Shown here: piece by piece, positions 40,483 through 52,184 of the stretch
Numbering within the stretch: position 1 is the first letter of the stretch
Layout: each line of letters begins with the position of its first letter
Origin: Vicugna vicugna
Lineage: Eukaryota
Reading direction: 5' to 3'
NCBI GenBank assembly: GCA_013265495.1
Contig: PNXW01019480.1
Location: 62,001 to 126,000 of the forward strand
DNA length: 64,000 bases
Translations under genes and position numbers: made by a program
Notes under the pieces: generated by a model
Told to the model about the DNA's origin: nothing
What the model saw: the letters and a program-made list of their open reading frames with translations, nothing else
The model's database searches: none

Positions 40483-40965
40483 TGGTAAGCTGAATAATGG
40501 ACCTTCAAAAATGTTTGCATCTTAATCCCTAGGACCTGAATATAAAGCTGATGTTACCCAAAATGATAAAAGGGACTTTTCAGATAGGGTTAAGGTTTAT
40601 GAGATGTGGAGATTGTCCTGGATTATTAGAGTGGGCCCAGTGTAATCCTAGGGCTATTTGTAAGAGATGAGCAAAAGGTCAGAGTTGTAGAGAGAAGAGA
40701 GGAGGGCAGAAGCAGAGGTCAGAGAGGAAGATGCTAAGCTGGTGGCTTTAATGATGAAGAAAGGGGCCACGAACCAGGAAACGTAGGCTCTCTAGAAGAT
40801 AGGAAAAGCAAAGAAATATATTCTTCCCCAGAGCTTCCAGAAGGAATGCAACCTTGTGAACCCATTTTAGACTTTTGACTTCTAGGACTATAAAAGAATA
40901 CACTTCCGTTGCTCTAAGCCACTAAGTTTGTGGTCATTTGTAGTGACACATAGGAAACAAATACA
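40483..40965 (+). mobile_element. MLT1C/D-like MaLR LTR
   Basis: gctgaataatgg...gtgggcccagtgtaatc...cagagcttccagaaggaatgc...taagccactaagtttgtggt...ggaaacaaataca. Confidence 0.85.
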
Positions 40966-41179
40966 CTGCACAGGCAGCCCAGTCTACCTGGAGCCTCCAG
41001 GCCAGTTACTTCTGGCCATGAACAGTCTTGTCAAGGATACCTCCGTGTCTGTACATATGTCATCATTTTCTATGTGTTTTATAGTGTTAAGATTCAGAAA
41101 CAGTGCGCTGGTAGATTGTTGTTCCTTTTGAGGAAGGAGTTTTTACTCTCTTCTGTGGTTTCCCAGGGTTTCTGGATGC

Positions 41180-41253
41180 AGAAAGAATGAAGATAAGTTG
41201 ATCACTTGTTTCTCCAAGAAAGAATGAAGATAAGTTGATCATTTGTTTCTCCA
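41180..41253. repeat. 37-bp tandem duplication
   Basis: agaaagaatgaagataagttgatca(c/t)ttgtttctcca twice (41180-41216 and 41217-41253), one mismatch. Confidence 0.95.
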
Positions 41254-42009
41254 AGTGTGATATGTCTATTAAGTGGTTTCTCCGGTGCAGCACTTGGCTG
41301 GTTATCCGATTTCTGATCCTTAGTCAGAGATGTATATTTTCGGAATGAATTGAGACAAAATTGACATATCAATCAGAAAGCCAACATACGGGTTTTTGTC
41401 TCCACTGATGACAAGATGCCTTTTTTTTTAATTGTATGGTCAGTTTACAACATCGTATTAATTTCTGGTGTATAGCATAGTGATTCAGTTTTATATACAC
41501 ACACATACATACACACATATATATATTCCTTTTCATATTCTTTTCCATTATAGGTTACTACAAGGTATTGAATATAGTTCCCTGTGCTATATAGTAGAAC
41601 CTTGTTGTTTATCTATTTTATGTATAATAGTAGTATCTCTTTTCAGTGGGCAGTGCTGGATGTACACGGACAAAATTTACCTCCTGATGCCAGTTCTTGC
41701 TACAACTTACTGTTGCAAAGAGTGTTTAGGAGATCCACTGCCATTAGTTATGTTAATTCTCCCATGCTAATTCTCTTAGAGCGACTCCAGTTATTATTGA
41801 GGCACTCCATTGTGACAGCCTACATTCCAGGATAAGAAATAAATGTATCTTGCACCAATTCCAATTGATTGAGATAGGTTTACATAATATGCCATCTTGA
41901 GAATAATTCTGAGGTGCAAGGGGACCATTCTGTGGTAGATTACTGATGTCTGCTGTAGATAGGAGATTGGCATCAGGGTGGCCTCATATATTACATCTTC
42001 ATGATGATT

Positions 42010-42730
42010 GTTTTATTCATTCAGAAACATTTGTTAAGCATCCTCTCTATGCCAGGCAGTGTGATAGATATTTTGAATAGAGATATGAAAAAGGTATATT
42101 CCTGGTCCTAGAGGAGCTGATATTAGTAGAAGAGACGTGTAAATGAACATACACAGCAAAATATTACAGATGCTTGGGGAGAATATTTGGGAATTTTATT
42201 CACGGGATTAACAGGATCAGATTTCCATTTTATAAATATCCAGTGACGAGAGTATGATGGATAGAGTGGAGAAGACAGAACTGGGTAAAGGGAGACCAAT
42301 TCAGAGGCTATTGCAAAAGAGGAGAGATGTTGAAGCCTGAGTTAAGGCAGTGGGGATGAAGTTAGAATACACGTATGTGAGAAATTAAGAACTCAGTCAT
42401 TGACTGGATATTGAGGACGGGCAGCAATGAGAAGAAGGAATCCTCAGTTTTCTTCTGCCTTGGATGATTGAGATGTAAAGACATTCCATGGGCTGGAGAA
42501 CTCAGAGTGAGGAACAGGTTTGAAGTGGGGGGAAATGATGAGTTCAGTTTTGAACAAGCAGAGTCTGAAGCACCTTAGTCCAAGAGGAATTATCCAGGAG
42601 GCAGTTGGGAATTTATTCTGTTGCTGTAAAGCAAGAGGGTTACAGGTAGATTTCAAGGTCATTAAACATAGAGATGATGGTTTTGATTAAGGTATGAATG
42701 AAATTGCCCCAAGAGAATGTGTGGAGTGAG
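42010..42730 (-). mobile_element. L2 LINE fragment
   Basis: attcattcagaaacatttgttaagcatcctctctatgccaggc...gatgagttcagttttgaaca. Confidence 0.65.
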
Positions 42731-43174
42731 AAAGCGGGGTACGGGGCAGAATCTCAAATTTAGGCATGGGGGTGGGGTTGGGGGGGTGAAATCTGAGAAT
42801 GAACAGCAGGAAAGGTGGGAGGGGAACCTGAGGAACTACTGCATTCTTATTGCGCCCTCTTGTGGCAGTCTGAGTTTCTTTCCCAGAATAAATTTCCCCT
42901 CTCCTGTCTTTAGTCTCCTCTGTCCCTATTTCCAATCCAATTTGACCTGTGAGACTGGGGCTACCAGGTCCTCTGGTGGTCACTTCTCAAGTGTAAAACT
43001 TACCTTTGATTATTGCTGTCATTTAAGAACAATTTGAAACACCCCCTCCCAAGTTGCAAAAGAATAAAAAGCAAACATTGGGAGCACTTCAGTTTCTACC
43101 TTTATATGCTCCACACTTCTTTTTGATCTATTCTGTGGGCCATGTTACTTTCAGCAAATCCCAATTCTCATCTT

Positions 43175-43336
43175 TTTTTTTTAAAGTAAGCGCTTTTTTT
43201 GTTCGTTTTTGGGTTTTGGGGGGTAATTAGGTTGGTTGGTCGGTTTGTTTGTTTGTTTATTGGAGGTACTGGGGATTAAACCCAAGACATTGTGCATGCT
43301 AAGCACATGCTCTGCCACTGAGCTACACCCTCCCCA
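43175..43336 (-). mobile_element. Vic-1-like tRNA-Ala SINE
   Basis: ggaggtactggggattaaacccaag...catgctaagcacatgctctgccactgagctacaccctcccc; ttctcatctt repeated on both flanks. Confidence 0.85.
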
Positions 43337-44600
43337 TCCTCCAAGTTCTCATCTTATCCCATCTCTTAATAATTAAATAGTTCCCTTTATAATTAAAATA
43401 TATATTATTTTGTATTTTTATTGTAGTAAGTGTAATATAATATATAGTTACAGCATATTTTATTTTATAGTAAGACCTATATATGGCTTAAAAATTTATA
43501 GTAACAAAAAAATTAGCAGTATTTACCTTCACATCTTCCCACTCACCAGACTCAAATGCCTGAGGTAGCCAACTTTGAAATGTACTAGCTATGTATTTTG
43601 GGTTTTACCTCTATAGTTCAAGACAATATGGCTGTATTATTACTTCTTGAAGTAACTCAAGATTAGCTGTTGATTTTCCATGATGGTAGATGAAGATTAA
43701 ACTCTCACTTTTCTTCTCTTACTTCCCTTCTCCATCCTTTTAATATAGTTAGAGCATACATTTTGGTTAATGAAAATGTTTATATTATTGTGATTATGCA
43801 AACATTGTTGACTAAAAGACCAGTAGCGAATTGTGATTACATTTTTGCTTGTACACATACTTGTTAATTCTGGACTTAATGATTGCTTTTCACCTGCATA
43901 TTTTTATATATTCCTATCCTTTCTAGCAGATCAATCGTATGTCTGGGATTTTCTTGGGGAGGGGGATTGGGTTTTTTTTTTTTTTGCAACATGCTCAAGT
44001 AAGTCAGATTATCCAGAAAATTGATTTTTTGGAAATCCCCTTTCTAGAGCCTTCTGTCCTTCTCCAATCTGCATTATTTCCACCCCAAACTCCTGGAAGC
44101 ATTGTGAATTTTTATTTTGTCACTGACAGTCTGAAATTTCATAACGATGTGTGGATATTTGTATATCTGTTGTGCTCAACACTTGGTAGACTCTTTCAGT
44201 GTGTATGTTTCTGTACTAGGGCTCTGGAAAATCTTGTTATTTCTTTGATAATTTGCAAGCTTCAAAAGGACAGACATTTTAATCTATTTTAGTTATTTCT
44301 GTGTCCCCAGTGCCTAAAATAATGCCCGATACATGATAGGCACTTACTTTGTTGCATGAATTAATTACTATTTATGTTTTAGACATATGAATAAAATAAT
44401 GCCAGTAAACCCACCAGCCAGAGTAAGAAATAGATCATTAGCAATACCTTAGTGCCCCCTTATGTGCCCTTCTCTAATCACACCCTCCCATCTGTCTTCA
44501 TCTAGAGATAATACTGCCCTGAGTCTTGTATTAACAATCTCCTTGGTTTTTTAATACTTTTATCACCTGTATGTATGTCCCTCAACAATATACTGTTTAG

Positions 44601-44785
44601 ACTCACAGACATAGTAAACAATTTTATAGTTACCTGGGGAGAGAGGGTGGGAAGGGATAAATTTGGGAGTTTGAGATTTGCAGCTGTTAACCACTATATA
44701 CAAAAATAGATAAAAATTTCATCTGTATAGTACAGGGAACTATATTCAATATCTTGTAATAACCTTTAATGAAAAAGAATATGAA

Positions 44786-44830
<45 letters not shown>

Positions 44831-44898
44831 GACTGGGATATTAGGCTGTACACCAGAAATTGACACATTGTAACTGACTATACTTCAATTTTAAAAAA
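44601..44898 (+). mobile_element. Young L1 3' end with (TA)n
   Basis: actcacagacatag...tgactatacttcaattttaaaaaa; left TSD caatatactgtttag at 44586-44600. Confidence 0.88.
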
Positions 44899-44910
44899 GC
44901 AATATGCTGT

Positions 44911-45361
44911 TGTTGATGTCCTTGAATGAGTAAGGCCACGGGGCCCAAGGCCAAAGTCACAACAACATACTTGTATTATGAGGTAAATAATGATTGTACA
45001 CATGGGCTGATTATATAAGTTTTAGAACAAAGAAAGTAGAAGTACGCATGCGCTAATGATGTTCTCATGAACAAAGAAATAAACACTGCATATGTGCAGG
45101 CAGAAAATAGATAAAAGCAGGACAAGTGCACCACGGCGGGGGGTGGGGGGAGCGCCATCTTGTTAAACTAGAAGAAAGTGCTGAGCGCCATTGCCGCTGC
45201 CGCCCGACGCGCGCACCGCCTTGTGGCAGTAGAATAAAGTGCTGTTTTGCTCCATGTCAGCTCCTGGTGCAGTCTGTTTTGTGGTATGGCAGCTCCTCAC
45301 ACATTTTTCCGGTTGGGCCGCTCACCTCCTCGAATCCCACGTCAGCCCCCCTCTGCTGACA
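44911..45361 (+). mobile_element. Young CpG-rich solo LTR, family unassigned
   Basis: TG...CA ends, 5-bp TSD gctgt/actgt, TATA-like gataaaag ~45110, AATAAA 45233-45238, many retained CpGs. Confidence 0.75.
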
Positions 45362-45857
45362 ACTGTTTAGTTTTGGAAAAGTTGAAAAGCAAGTACAAAT
45401 CTAGTTCCATGAGAAAATGGTAGCATCACCCCTGTTAAAGTCTCCCAGGAAAACAGAGGTTCTGAGTCAAAGAGTGACTTCAGCTTCCCTGAGCATTTAG
45501 TAAAGCCATCTCTGGGAAGATGAGTGAATGAGATCATGAAGTTTAGTGTTACTGGTGAAAGTCCTCTGTCTAATTTAGTTTTTCTATTGTAGACAAGCTT
45601 GTAAGATGTCTAATTTATTCTTTGGGTTCAGGAATTAGATCAGGATATACCTAAGTGTGTCTTAAAATGTAAACTCCATGAAGGCAAGGATTTTTGTCTA
45701 TTTTGTTCACTGATAGGTCTTAAGTGCCTTAGAACAACAGTGCCAGACACATAATACGTCCTTATTAAATATATTGCTTAAATTAACATACAGAAGCATA
45801 AATTGTTGAACAGATAAGTAAATGGATAAATGAATCAGTCTTGTCTGGAATTCAGAG

Positions 45858-47910
45858 GATCATATGGTAGTTCTGTTTTTAAATTTCTGAAGAACTTCCA
45901 TACTGCTTTCCATAGTAGCTGCACCAATTGACATTCCCACCAACAGTGTAGGAGGGTTCCCTTTTCTCTACATTGTTGCCAACATTTGTTTTTGTAGACT
46001 TTTTGATAATAGTCATTCTGACAGATATGAGATAATGTATCATTGTGTTTTTTTTAATTGAGGTATAGCTGATGTACAACATTATGTAAGTTTCAGGTGT
46101 ACAACATACTGATTCACAATTTTTAAGGTCACACTCCATTTGTAGTTATTATAAATTATTGGCTATATTCCTTGTGTTGTTCAATATATTCTTGTAGCTT
46201 ATTTATTTTATACATGGTAGTTTGAACTTCTTAATCTCCTCCCCCTATCTTGCTGCTCCCCCTCTTCCCTCTCCCCACTGGTAACCACTAGTTTTTTCCT
46301 CTGTATCTGTGAATCAGTTTCTTTTTTGTTATATTCACTAGTTTGTTTTATTTTTTTAGATTCCATATATAGGTGACAACATACAGTATTTGTATTTATC
46401 TGTCTGACTTATTTCACTAAGCGTAATACCCTCCAAGTCCATTAATGTTGCTGCAAATGGCAAAATTTCATTCTTTTTTATGATTGAATAGTATTCTACT
46501 ATGTATATATATTCTACATATATGGTATATTCTATATATATATATATACATACATACACACACACCACATCTTTAATCCATCCGTCTCTTGATGGACACT
46601 TAAATAATGCTCCTGTGAACATTGGGGTGCATGTATCTTTTTGAATTAGTATTTTCATTTTTTTCAGATATACACCTAGGAGTGGAATTGCTGGGTCATA
46701 TGGTAGTTCTGTTTTTAGTGTTTTGATAAACCTCCACAGTGTTTCCCACAGTGGCAGCACCAATTTACACTCCTAACAGCATAGGAGGGTTCCCTTTTCT
46801 TCACATCCTCCCCAACATTTGTTACTTGTAGACTTTTTGATGGTGGCCGTTCTGACAAGTGTGAGGTGATACCTCATTGTAGTTTTGATTTGCCTTTCTC
46901 TAATAATTAGCAATGTTGAGCATCTTTTCATGTGCCTGTTAGACATCTGTATATATTCTTTGGAAAAATTATCTCTTTAGGTCTTCCACTTATTTTTTGA
47001 TTGGGTTGTTTGTTTTTTGATGTTGAGTTGTATGAGCTGTTTATATGTTTTGGCTATTAACCCCTTGTTGGTCATATCATTTGCAAATATTTTCTGTCAT
47101 TCCATAGGTTGTCTTTTTGTTTTGTTGATGGTTTCCTTTGCTGTGCAAAAGCTTTTCAGTTAATTTGGTCCCATTTATTTATTTTTGCTTTTGTTTCTTT
47201 TGCCTTGGGAGACTGATCTATAAATATTTTGCTACTATTTATGTCAGAGGATGTTTTGCCTATGTTCTCTTCTAGGAATTTTATGGTGTCATGTCTTACA
47301 TTTAAGTCTTTAAACTATTTTGAGTTTATTTTTGTATATGGTGTGAGGGAGTGTTCTAATTTCATTGATTTACATGTACTGTTCAGCTTTCCTAACACTA
47401 CTTGCTAAAGAGACTGTCTTTTTCTCCATTGTATGTTCTTGCCTCCTTTGTCAAAGATTAATTGACTGTAGGTGTGTGGGTTTACTTCTGGGCTCTCTAT
47501 TCTGTTCCATTGATCTATGTGTCTGTTTTTGTGCCAGTATCATGCTGTTTGGATTACTGTTGCTTTGTGGCATGATCTGAAGTCTTGGAGGGTGATACCT
47601 CCAGCTTTGTTTTTTTTTTCTCCTCAAGATTGCTTAGACAATTCTGGATCTTCTGTGGTTCCATATAAATTTTAGGATTATTTGTTCTAGTTCTATGAAA
47701 AAATGTCATGGGAATTTTGATAGGAATTGCATTAAACCTCTAGATTGCTTTGGCAAGTAAGGCCATATTAATTCTTCCAATCCAAGAGCATGGGATATCT
47801 TTCCCTTTCTTTCTATCATTTCCAGTTTCTTCCATCACTGTTCTGTAGTTTTCAGAGTATAGATCTTTCGCTTCCTTGGTTAAGTTTATTCCTAGTTATT
47901 TTATTCTTTT
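45858..47910 (-). mobile_element. L1 3' region (~1.9 kb, ORF2 end plus 3' UTR) preceded by a short ORF2 fragment
   Basis: ORFs 45879..46139 and 46356..46763 contain L1 ORF2p C-terminal motifs ([20 protein letters not shown]); T-tract at ~46049. Confidence 0.9.
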
Positions 47911-48299
47911 CAGGGCTCATCCATGACCATCATTTTTCATTTTATTATTTAACTGGAATTTTTTTAAGCTTTGAGCTTCAGGAAGTTTTTGGTGTATGTG
48001 CTGTACTTGACTTTCCTTAGGTGTTCTTATTACTCTTCCATCAGGTTTTCACATACCTTGTCCAATAGTTTTGTTTCATTTCTCTTTGACTGCTGAGACT
48101 TATTTTGTTTGTATGTTTGTTTTTCTGTTGGTATATTTGTGTTTATGATCATTTTGTGAGCCCGGATGTAGACTGGAGAGGGTGTATTTGGGTCAGCACT
48201 GCTAAAATACCCCAACTATGTGTAAGTATGTAAAGTGTTCCTCTGCAAAATAAGTCACATGTGAAGTCCTCACACTGCTTTATTTCCAGAGAACAGTTG

Positions 48300-49900
48300 G
48301 CATTTCCGTATAGCAAAAGTTGTCCTAGGGTAAAAACTGCAGAAATTCCAGTATTTGGGCCTCGTCACCTTGGACACAAATTATACTCTGAAATGGTGTT
48401 ATTTCACTAATAGCAGACAAACACAGTAATTAAGTGTGTATCCAAGGGCTCAAAAGCTAGCATTAAGCTAGCTAGCAAAAAGGAAAAAAAATAGCTAAAA
48501 TTACTGTTAGGTCTAAATTTCCAGAGAACTTGTTGTTAACAAGAACATTCTGTCAGACTAAATTCTAGTTTGTATTAAAAGGTGTTTTTATTTTTCACCC
48601 TTTAAGAAATGGTTCCCTGAGCGGCCTTTTTAAAATAAGGCATCCATCTGGATGAATATCTGAACTCCTTTCAAATATTTCACGTAAAGGTTTTCTACCC
48701 AATCCCACAAAAGATCTCTTTTGGTTATGGTCTTTTAAGACTTATCAGTATGGCCAAGGAAGATATCTCTTGGTTCAGTTGGTGCCTGGTCGCAATCATC
48801 CTGATTAATTAAATAGCACCTACTGTATGTGCTGTGGTAACTCTATGCCTTCAGAATTTGTACTCCCTAATCCAGGGGAATCGGGAGTCTAGGGGTGCTG
48901 GACATATAATTTCCTTGTTTAGACTGATCTTAATTGCTGCTAAGTGTTTGTCTTCAGTGCTAATCAAAAACAAACTCCACCTAGAAACTTGTTTGTGTGA
49001 AAGCATAGATGAAGTCAGTAAAGAGAATTTACATGATTTCAGTGGTCCACATCATGTGGGAATTGTAAAGGATCAATAAATAACACTTGTCTTCCCTGCC
49101 TAGGTTCAGAACCAATTGAAATATAAGTGTAGGAAATCAGATAGATGGAGATCCAGACATCATCTTCATTACTGATAAAGCTGATTGGAGAAGATGGTTT
49201 CCATGTGGACTTCCAATTAGTGTGGGCCCCAGAATTAGACAAACTTTTGCAGACAATTGCAAGCAATGCTGAACTGCAAGACTCCAGGCCAAAAGTTGGC
49301 CCCTTATTGCATGGCAAGGAACTAGTCAGGATGTATGTTCACTACAGGCATGCAGATTCCTGAAAGAGAAGCAGAGAGCAGGGGCCCGAGCCAAGCCTAC
49401 TCAGACATTTCTCACAAACATACTAGTCGTATAACTCACTTCTCCCATGGGCAGAAAAGCAGGAATGTTAGTCTGGTTGAAGTTCTTCCACATGGAAACA
49501 TGAGAAGTAAAGATTAAGTGTTCCGTCTAGCAGCTCAGTGATATATTCAGTATTGCCATTGGCTCGAACCTGTCTATCCTCTTCAGTACCAAAAATAACA
49601 CAATTTTTCTGTAACAAAAAAGCTATTGGGGTATTTTAGGAAGACTTAAGTATAGTACTTAAATAACTACATGGTATCATATGAAAGATATATCAATGGG
49701 CTATTTTAAAAATTTCATCTAACTGCTGTAACAAAACATGAGGAAATGCTTCTTAAAGGCAAATTTACTGAAAGGAATTCATTCACAACTACCTACCAAG
49801 TGGGAACATTAAATATTGTATCTTTCAAGCATGGTATGTCCATCTACTTACCACAGCTCTGAAATGAGGCTTCAAGTAAGAAATTTCTCTATTATTATCT
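48300..49900 (+). mobile_element. Ancient RTE-clade LINE reverse-transcriptase relic
   Basis: In order across frameshifts: NKAS/G*ISELL (~48630), QGNRESRGAGHIISL..IAAKCLSSVL (ORF 48834..49079), KDQ*ITL..QLKYKCRK, PDIIFITDKAD, GTSQDVCSL, QLSDIFS..STKN, KNFI*L. These match RTE RT motifs NKAPG..IPAELL, KGDR..NYRGISLLSIAGKIL, DQIFTLRQLQEKCRE, FIDLTKAFD, GVRQGCVL, ISTKKT, FxYLG. No YADD is recognisable. Confidence 0.6.
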
Positions 49901-49929
49901 ATGTTCATGTAATAGCCACATAATGGGAA

Positions 49930-51185
49930 AATATATGGGTAGGAGGGTGGAGGAGAAGAGAAGTAAAGGGAAAAAAGAGAGAGAAAGTGAAGAAGATTGA
50001 GGGGATGGGCACAGCATGTAAAATTGTGGATGATCTGGGCTATGCATTTGAAGCAGAGTGGGGCGAGTATTGAGTGACAAGAGGAAAGAGGGAGTGATGT
50101 AAGCAAGATCTGTGTGATCATGGTGGCAATGGGGACGGTGTGAATAATGGTGGAGGATGGCGTGGAGTCACTGAAAATGAAGGCTGGGGCAATGTGAATG
50201 GTAGTGACGGGACAAGATAAGGATGTATGTGATAATGGTAGTTAGGGATACAGTGCATGTCCAACTGTGGGTGATGAGAATTATGCCAGTGGATGATTGC
50301 ATGAAAGAGTAGGGAGGGAGAGAAAATAATGGGAAAGGGCATGATGATAATCAGGCACTGAGATCATTGTGTATTTGGAAATGTGGAAATGTGGGTGGGG
50401 CATTTCAAGTAATAATTGGAGGATGTAGACAGTGGGTAGAATGGGGAGAATGTTATGTGATGGTAGAAGATAGGTACATGGTGGAAGTGATATAGGGTTA
50501 GTGTGTTTGTGTGTGTGATGCTGGGGGAAATGAGAAGTGTGTCTTGTTTGTGGGGGTAGATGGGTACAGTGAGCGTGCATGACAATGAGGGAGTGGAAAA
50601 GTGTATGATAATTTGGCGTACGGAATCACAGGTGTCTGAGTGGAGTTGTTGAAGAAAGTGTATTATGGAAAAATGGAGTGTCTGGGTGTCAGTGAGGAAT
50701 GGCAGAAGTATGTATGTGAGAGTGTGGAGGTGATGTGGATATTGGTTGTGATTGTGTATGATCTGGAGACATCATGTGGGAAAGGAATATGGGAAGATGA
50801 TGAATATTTTATAGTGAGGATATAGACTGTATGTATGATGAGGGTGTGGCTAGGCACTGTGTGATAGACTAGGGATTGAGTAATTGTAGGAGTGGCTGTG
50901 AATGATGGAGATGGTGTGTGTGATAATGGAGGTTGATCAGAGCTCTGCATTTGATAGTGGGTGGCATGGTACCATATGGACACTGTGTGTATTGATAGTA
51001 CAGAATAGGATAGTGTACATGCAGAAATGAGAGTAATAAAGACAATGTGTGTTACTGGAATACTTTGGAGAATTGGAACAGTATGTGGAGATCGTAAGTC
51101 ATGGTCATTACATAAGTCATAGAGGGAATCATGTGTGAATTAGATAGTGTATTAAAGATCGTGTGTGTGTGAGAGAGAAAGAGAG
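49930..51185. repeat. Low-complexity G/T/A-rich, C-poor tract
   Basis: Dense tgtg, gatg, ggag and gtgg words with no fixed period; produces His/Pro/Thr-rich ORFs on the - strand. Confidence 0.75.
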
Positions 51186-51204
51186 AGATTTCATATTTTG
51201 TGAT

Positions 51205-51720
51205 AGGCATTTGGAATTGCATTCATATATGAGTAACAGAGATCTGAAAATGAGTTGTTTAAAATGATTAGGGGATATCTTTATCTTACCTAAAACAAAT
51301 CTAATGGTATGAAGTCCAGGACTTACATGATTTCATCAAAGTTTCAGAGGTCCTATTTTTTGTTGTTGTTACTGTTGTTGTTCCATGATGCTTAATTAGC
51401 ATGTGGGGGCTCACATCTTTCAGGTGCCTCATTGTTGCAAGATGGCTGCTGCAACTCTAGCCATCATTTCTATGCTCCAGGTAGGAAGATGAGGAAAAGG
51501 AGAGGGCAAAATACCTTGTCAGTAGAATTAGTCTCCTTTATATGGCGCTTTCCCCAAAATTCTGCCCAACAATTTCCACCTACATTCAGTGGACAGAACT
51601 GTGACACATGACCACCATTTTCTTCAAGGGAACCTGGGAAATACAAGTTTACAACTGGGGACATTATCACCCATAATAAAAATCAAGAATTATTTAGTAA
51701 GGAAGAAGAGATGTTGGGTA
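51205..51720 (-). mobile_element. Old MLT1 (J/K-like) LTR
   Basis: caagatggctgctgcaactctagccatcat...ggacagaactgtgacacatgaccac...caagggaacctgggaaat. Confidence 0.6.
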
Positions 51721-52184
51721 GGATACAGCCAGTAGAGAAAGAGAGATTGAAGATATGGGCGAGAGGTATAATTAATAGATTAATATCCTAGAGGTGATAG
51801 ATACAAGCTTCGGGGTGCAGGAACACTACATGATTGGCACAGTTTCAGATGCTGAGGATATCATGATAAGCAAAAGTAGACATGTTTTCTCTGCCCTCAT
51901 GGAGCTTACTGTTTTGTGAAGAAGACAGACGTTAATCACAGACCAAATTTTTGTGAAGTTGACACTGCTTTAGAGGGGAAATACGGGGTTCTGTGAATAG
52001 GTTTAAAGAGAATTTGATCTACTCAGGGAGATCAAAGAAGGAGGTGATGATTGAATTAAGATCTGAAGGCAGATTCACAGTTAACTGGATGCAGGATGGA
52101 TGGATGGTTGGGATGAGGGAAAGGTGTTCCCAAAAGAGGAAACAGCACGAACAAGAGCACTTAAGCACTATTTGTTTTTAAGTC

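Larger units (their letters stand above)
40230..41980 (-). mobile_element. Ancient RTE-clade LINE (L4/RTE-X or MamRTE1-like) endonuclease relic, interrupted by MLT1 and L1
   Basis: Minus-strand translation across frameshifts gives, in order, FLSWNV, ITGVALRELAW, QELASGGKF, VGFLI, FMARV and I*VSRSSWSKV, matching RTE APE motifs TWNV, TALVARELAR, EEVGSGYTF, GVGFAI, DFNARVG and DYILV. Confidence 0.55.

Noticed and set aside
49039..49760. Endogenous bornavirus or mononegavirus-like element: GPTF..SALL and QQLDEIF on -, SYWGILG on +
   Set aside because: The short matches are to non-adjacent parts of L and to G on opposite strands and are not colinear. A colinear RTE RT reading on + explains the region better. 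A translated search against viral proteins would settle it.
49825..50983. His/Pro/Thr-rich ORFs on the - strand
   Set aside because: Open in several overlapping frames because of low-complexity composition; no domain or splice structure.
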